From: Clostridia bacterium
Lineage (GTDB): Bacteria > Aerophobota > Aerophobia > Aerophobales > AE-B3A
Reading direction: 5' to 3'
NCBI GenBank assembly: GCA_030640665.1
Contig: DAOWIY010000020.1
Span: forward strand, 1-34,668
Length of the DNA stretch: 34,668 bases
Position 1 is the stretch's first letter; each line of letters opens with the position of its first letter. Below are positions 33,839 through 34,668 of the stretch, one piece after another. A program made the translations under genes and the position numbers. The notes under the pieces were generated by a model. That model made no database searches. It was not told the origin of the DNA and saw only the letters and a program-made list of their open reading frames with translations.

Positions 33839-34668
33839 ATGATTTACCAAAAACAAAGTTTGAAACAGAAGACCTCTCAGACTATCAGACAAAAACAGAT
33901 TGGCAGGGTAAAGCTGGCTCAGCTTTTTTCTCTTCCCGAAGATGAGTTCAGAAAATTAATTACAGAAATAGAGAAAAATTCTTTCTTTCAGGAATTAGTA
34001 CATAAGTGGAGAGTTATAAATTATAAAAAATTTAGCGGGGTACGAATTCCCTTTTCTCTTTCCCTCAATGAACAAATTGTTTCTTCCTCAGAGAATTTTG
34101 ATTTAGAAAGTCTTTTATATCAAAATTCAAAGGCTATACCTATTCTGAAAAAGATAGGAGCTATTATAGGCAAGGATCGATTCCGTGAGCTTTTATATAA
34201 GGGGATAGATGTTAGTGAAATAACCGAGAAGTGTAAATTGACCAGGGAGGAAAAAGAGACTTTTAAGATCTTTTTAGATAAGTTTGAGCTAGAAAAGATC
34301 GTCAGTGGTACTCAGGACTTTTTTCCCGATGAGAGTATTAAACGCTCAAATACCAGGGTCTTTAAAATAGCTACCATCGAAAGAGAAGAGGATAGGTTAG
34401 TTATCTATCCTTGTGCTGGAGAAAAGGGAGAAAATTACCTTGCCAAAGGCAAATACTACATTAATCATAATCAGTTTGAACAATTATATAAGAAGGGGAG
34501 ATTTACCCAGGGGAAGATTAGACAAATCTTTAAAACATTCAGGATGTTAGACTTGATTAATCGCAGAAGCAGCACTATTTATCGGATTATTCAACATATA
34601 AAAGAGAGACAAAGTGATTACCTTTACTCAGGAAACATAGATGATCTTAAACCTTTGACTCGACGAGA
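33839..34668 (+). CDS. Divergent sigma-54 (RpoN)-like protein, truncated by the window edge
   Basis: Hand-translated open frame: Gln-rich start MIYQKQSLKQKTSQ...LFSLPEDEF and INRRSSTIYRIIQHIKERQSDYLYSG...LKPLTRR, resembling the RpoN ELH/KPL segment; RpoN box not visible. Confidence 0.7.
   Translation, partial: MIYQKQSLKQKTSQTIRQKQIGRVKLAQLFSLPEDEFRKLITEIEKNSFFQELVHKWRVINYKKFSGVRIPFSLSLNEQIVSSSENFDLESLLYQNSKAIPILKKIGAIIGKDRFRELLYKGIDVSEITEKCKLTREEKETFKIFLDKFELEKIVSGTQDFFPDESIKRSNTRVFKIATIEREEDRLVIYPCAGEKGENYLAKGKYYINHNQFEQLYKKGRFTQGKIRQIFKTFRMLDLINRRSSTIYRIIQHIKERQSDYLYSGNIDDLKPLTRR

Overview
AT-rich bacterial chromosomal segment, mostly housekeeping genes. It contains rplI and a Re-citrate/homocitrate-synthase-like enzyme; a long minus-strand block (rny-nadD-rsfS-tRNA-Ala-ilvD-hisC-cmk-plsC-ispH-rpsA-plsY-HU-merR-tRNA-Pro-secD-secF-murG-murC); and a plus-strand block (PflX-like radical SAM, Ktr/Trk K+ uptake, tRNA-Leu, proB, PLD lipoprotein, class III aminotransferase, manC, pepP-efp-accB-accC-asp23-amaP, and a divergent sigma-54-like ORF running off the end). 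A small accessory islet (about 1.9-4.1 kb) holds two tandem small-protein + retropepsin modules (the first is dead), a 5'-half tRNA-Arg(GCG) with integrase-arm-like repeats, and a promoter-to-terminator sRNA candidate. The most unusual signals are: (1) degenerate 7-bp-period arrays in many intergenic gaps, often as inverted pairs, three of which enclose or abut fragments resembling four-helix-bundle (TIGR02436-like) genes; (2) a ComEA-like helix-hairpin-helix module inserted in the extracytoplasmic domain of SecF; (3) a KtrB/TrkH with an N-terminal voltage-sensor-like domain. All family assignments are from motif recognition; no database searches were run.
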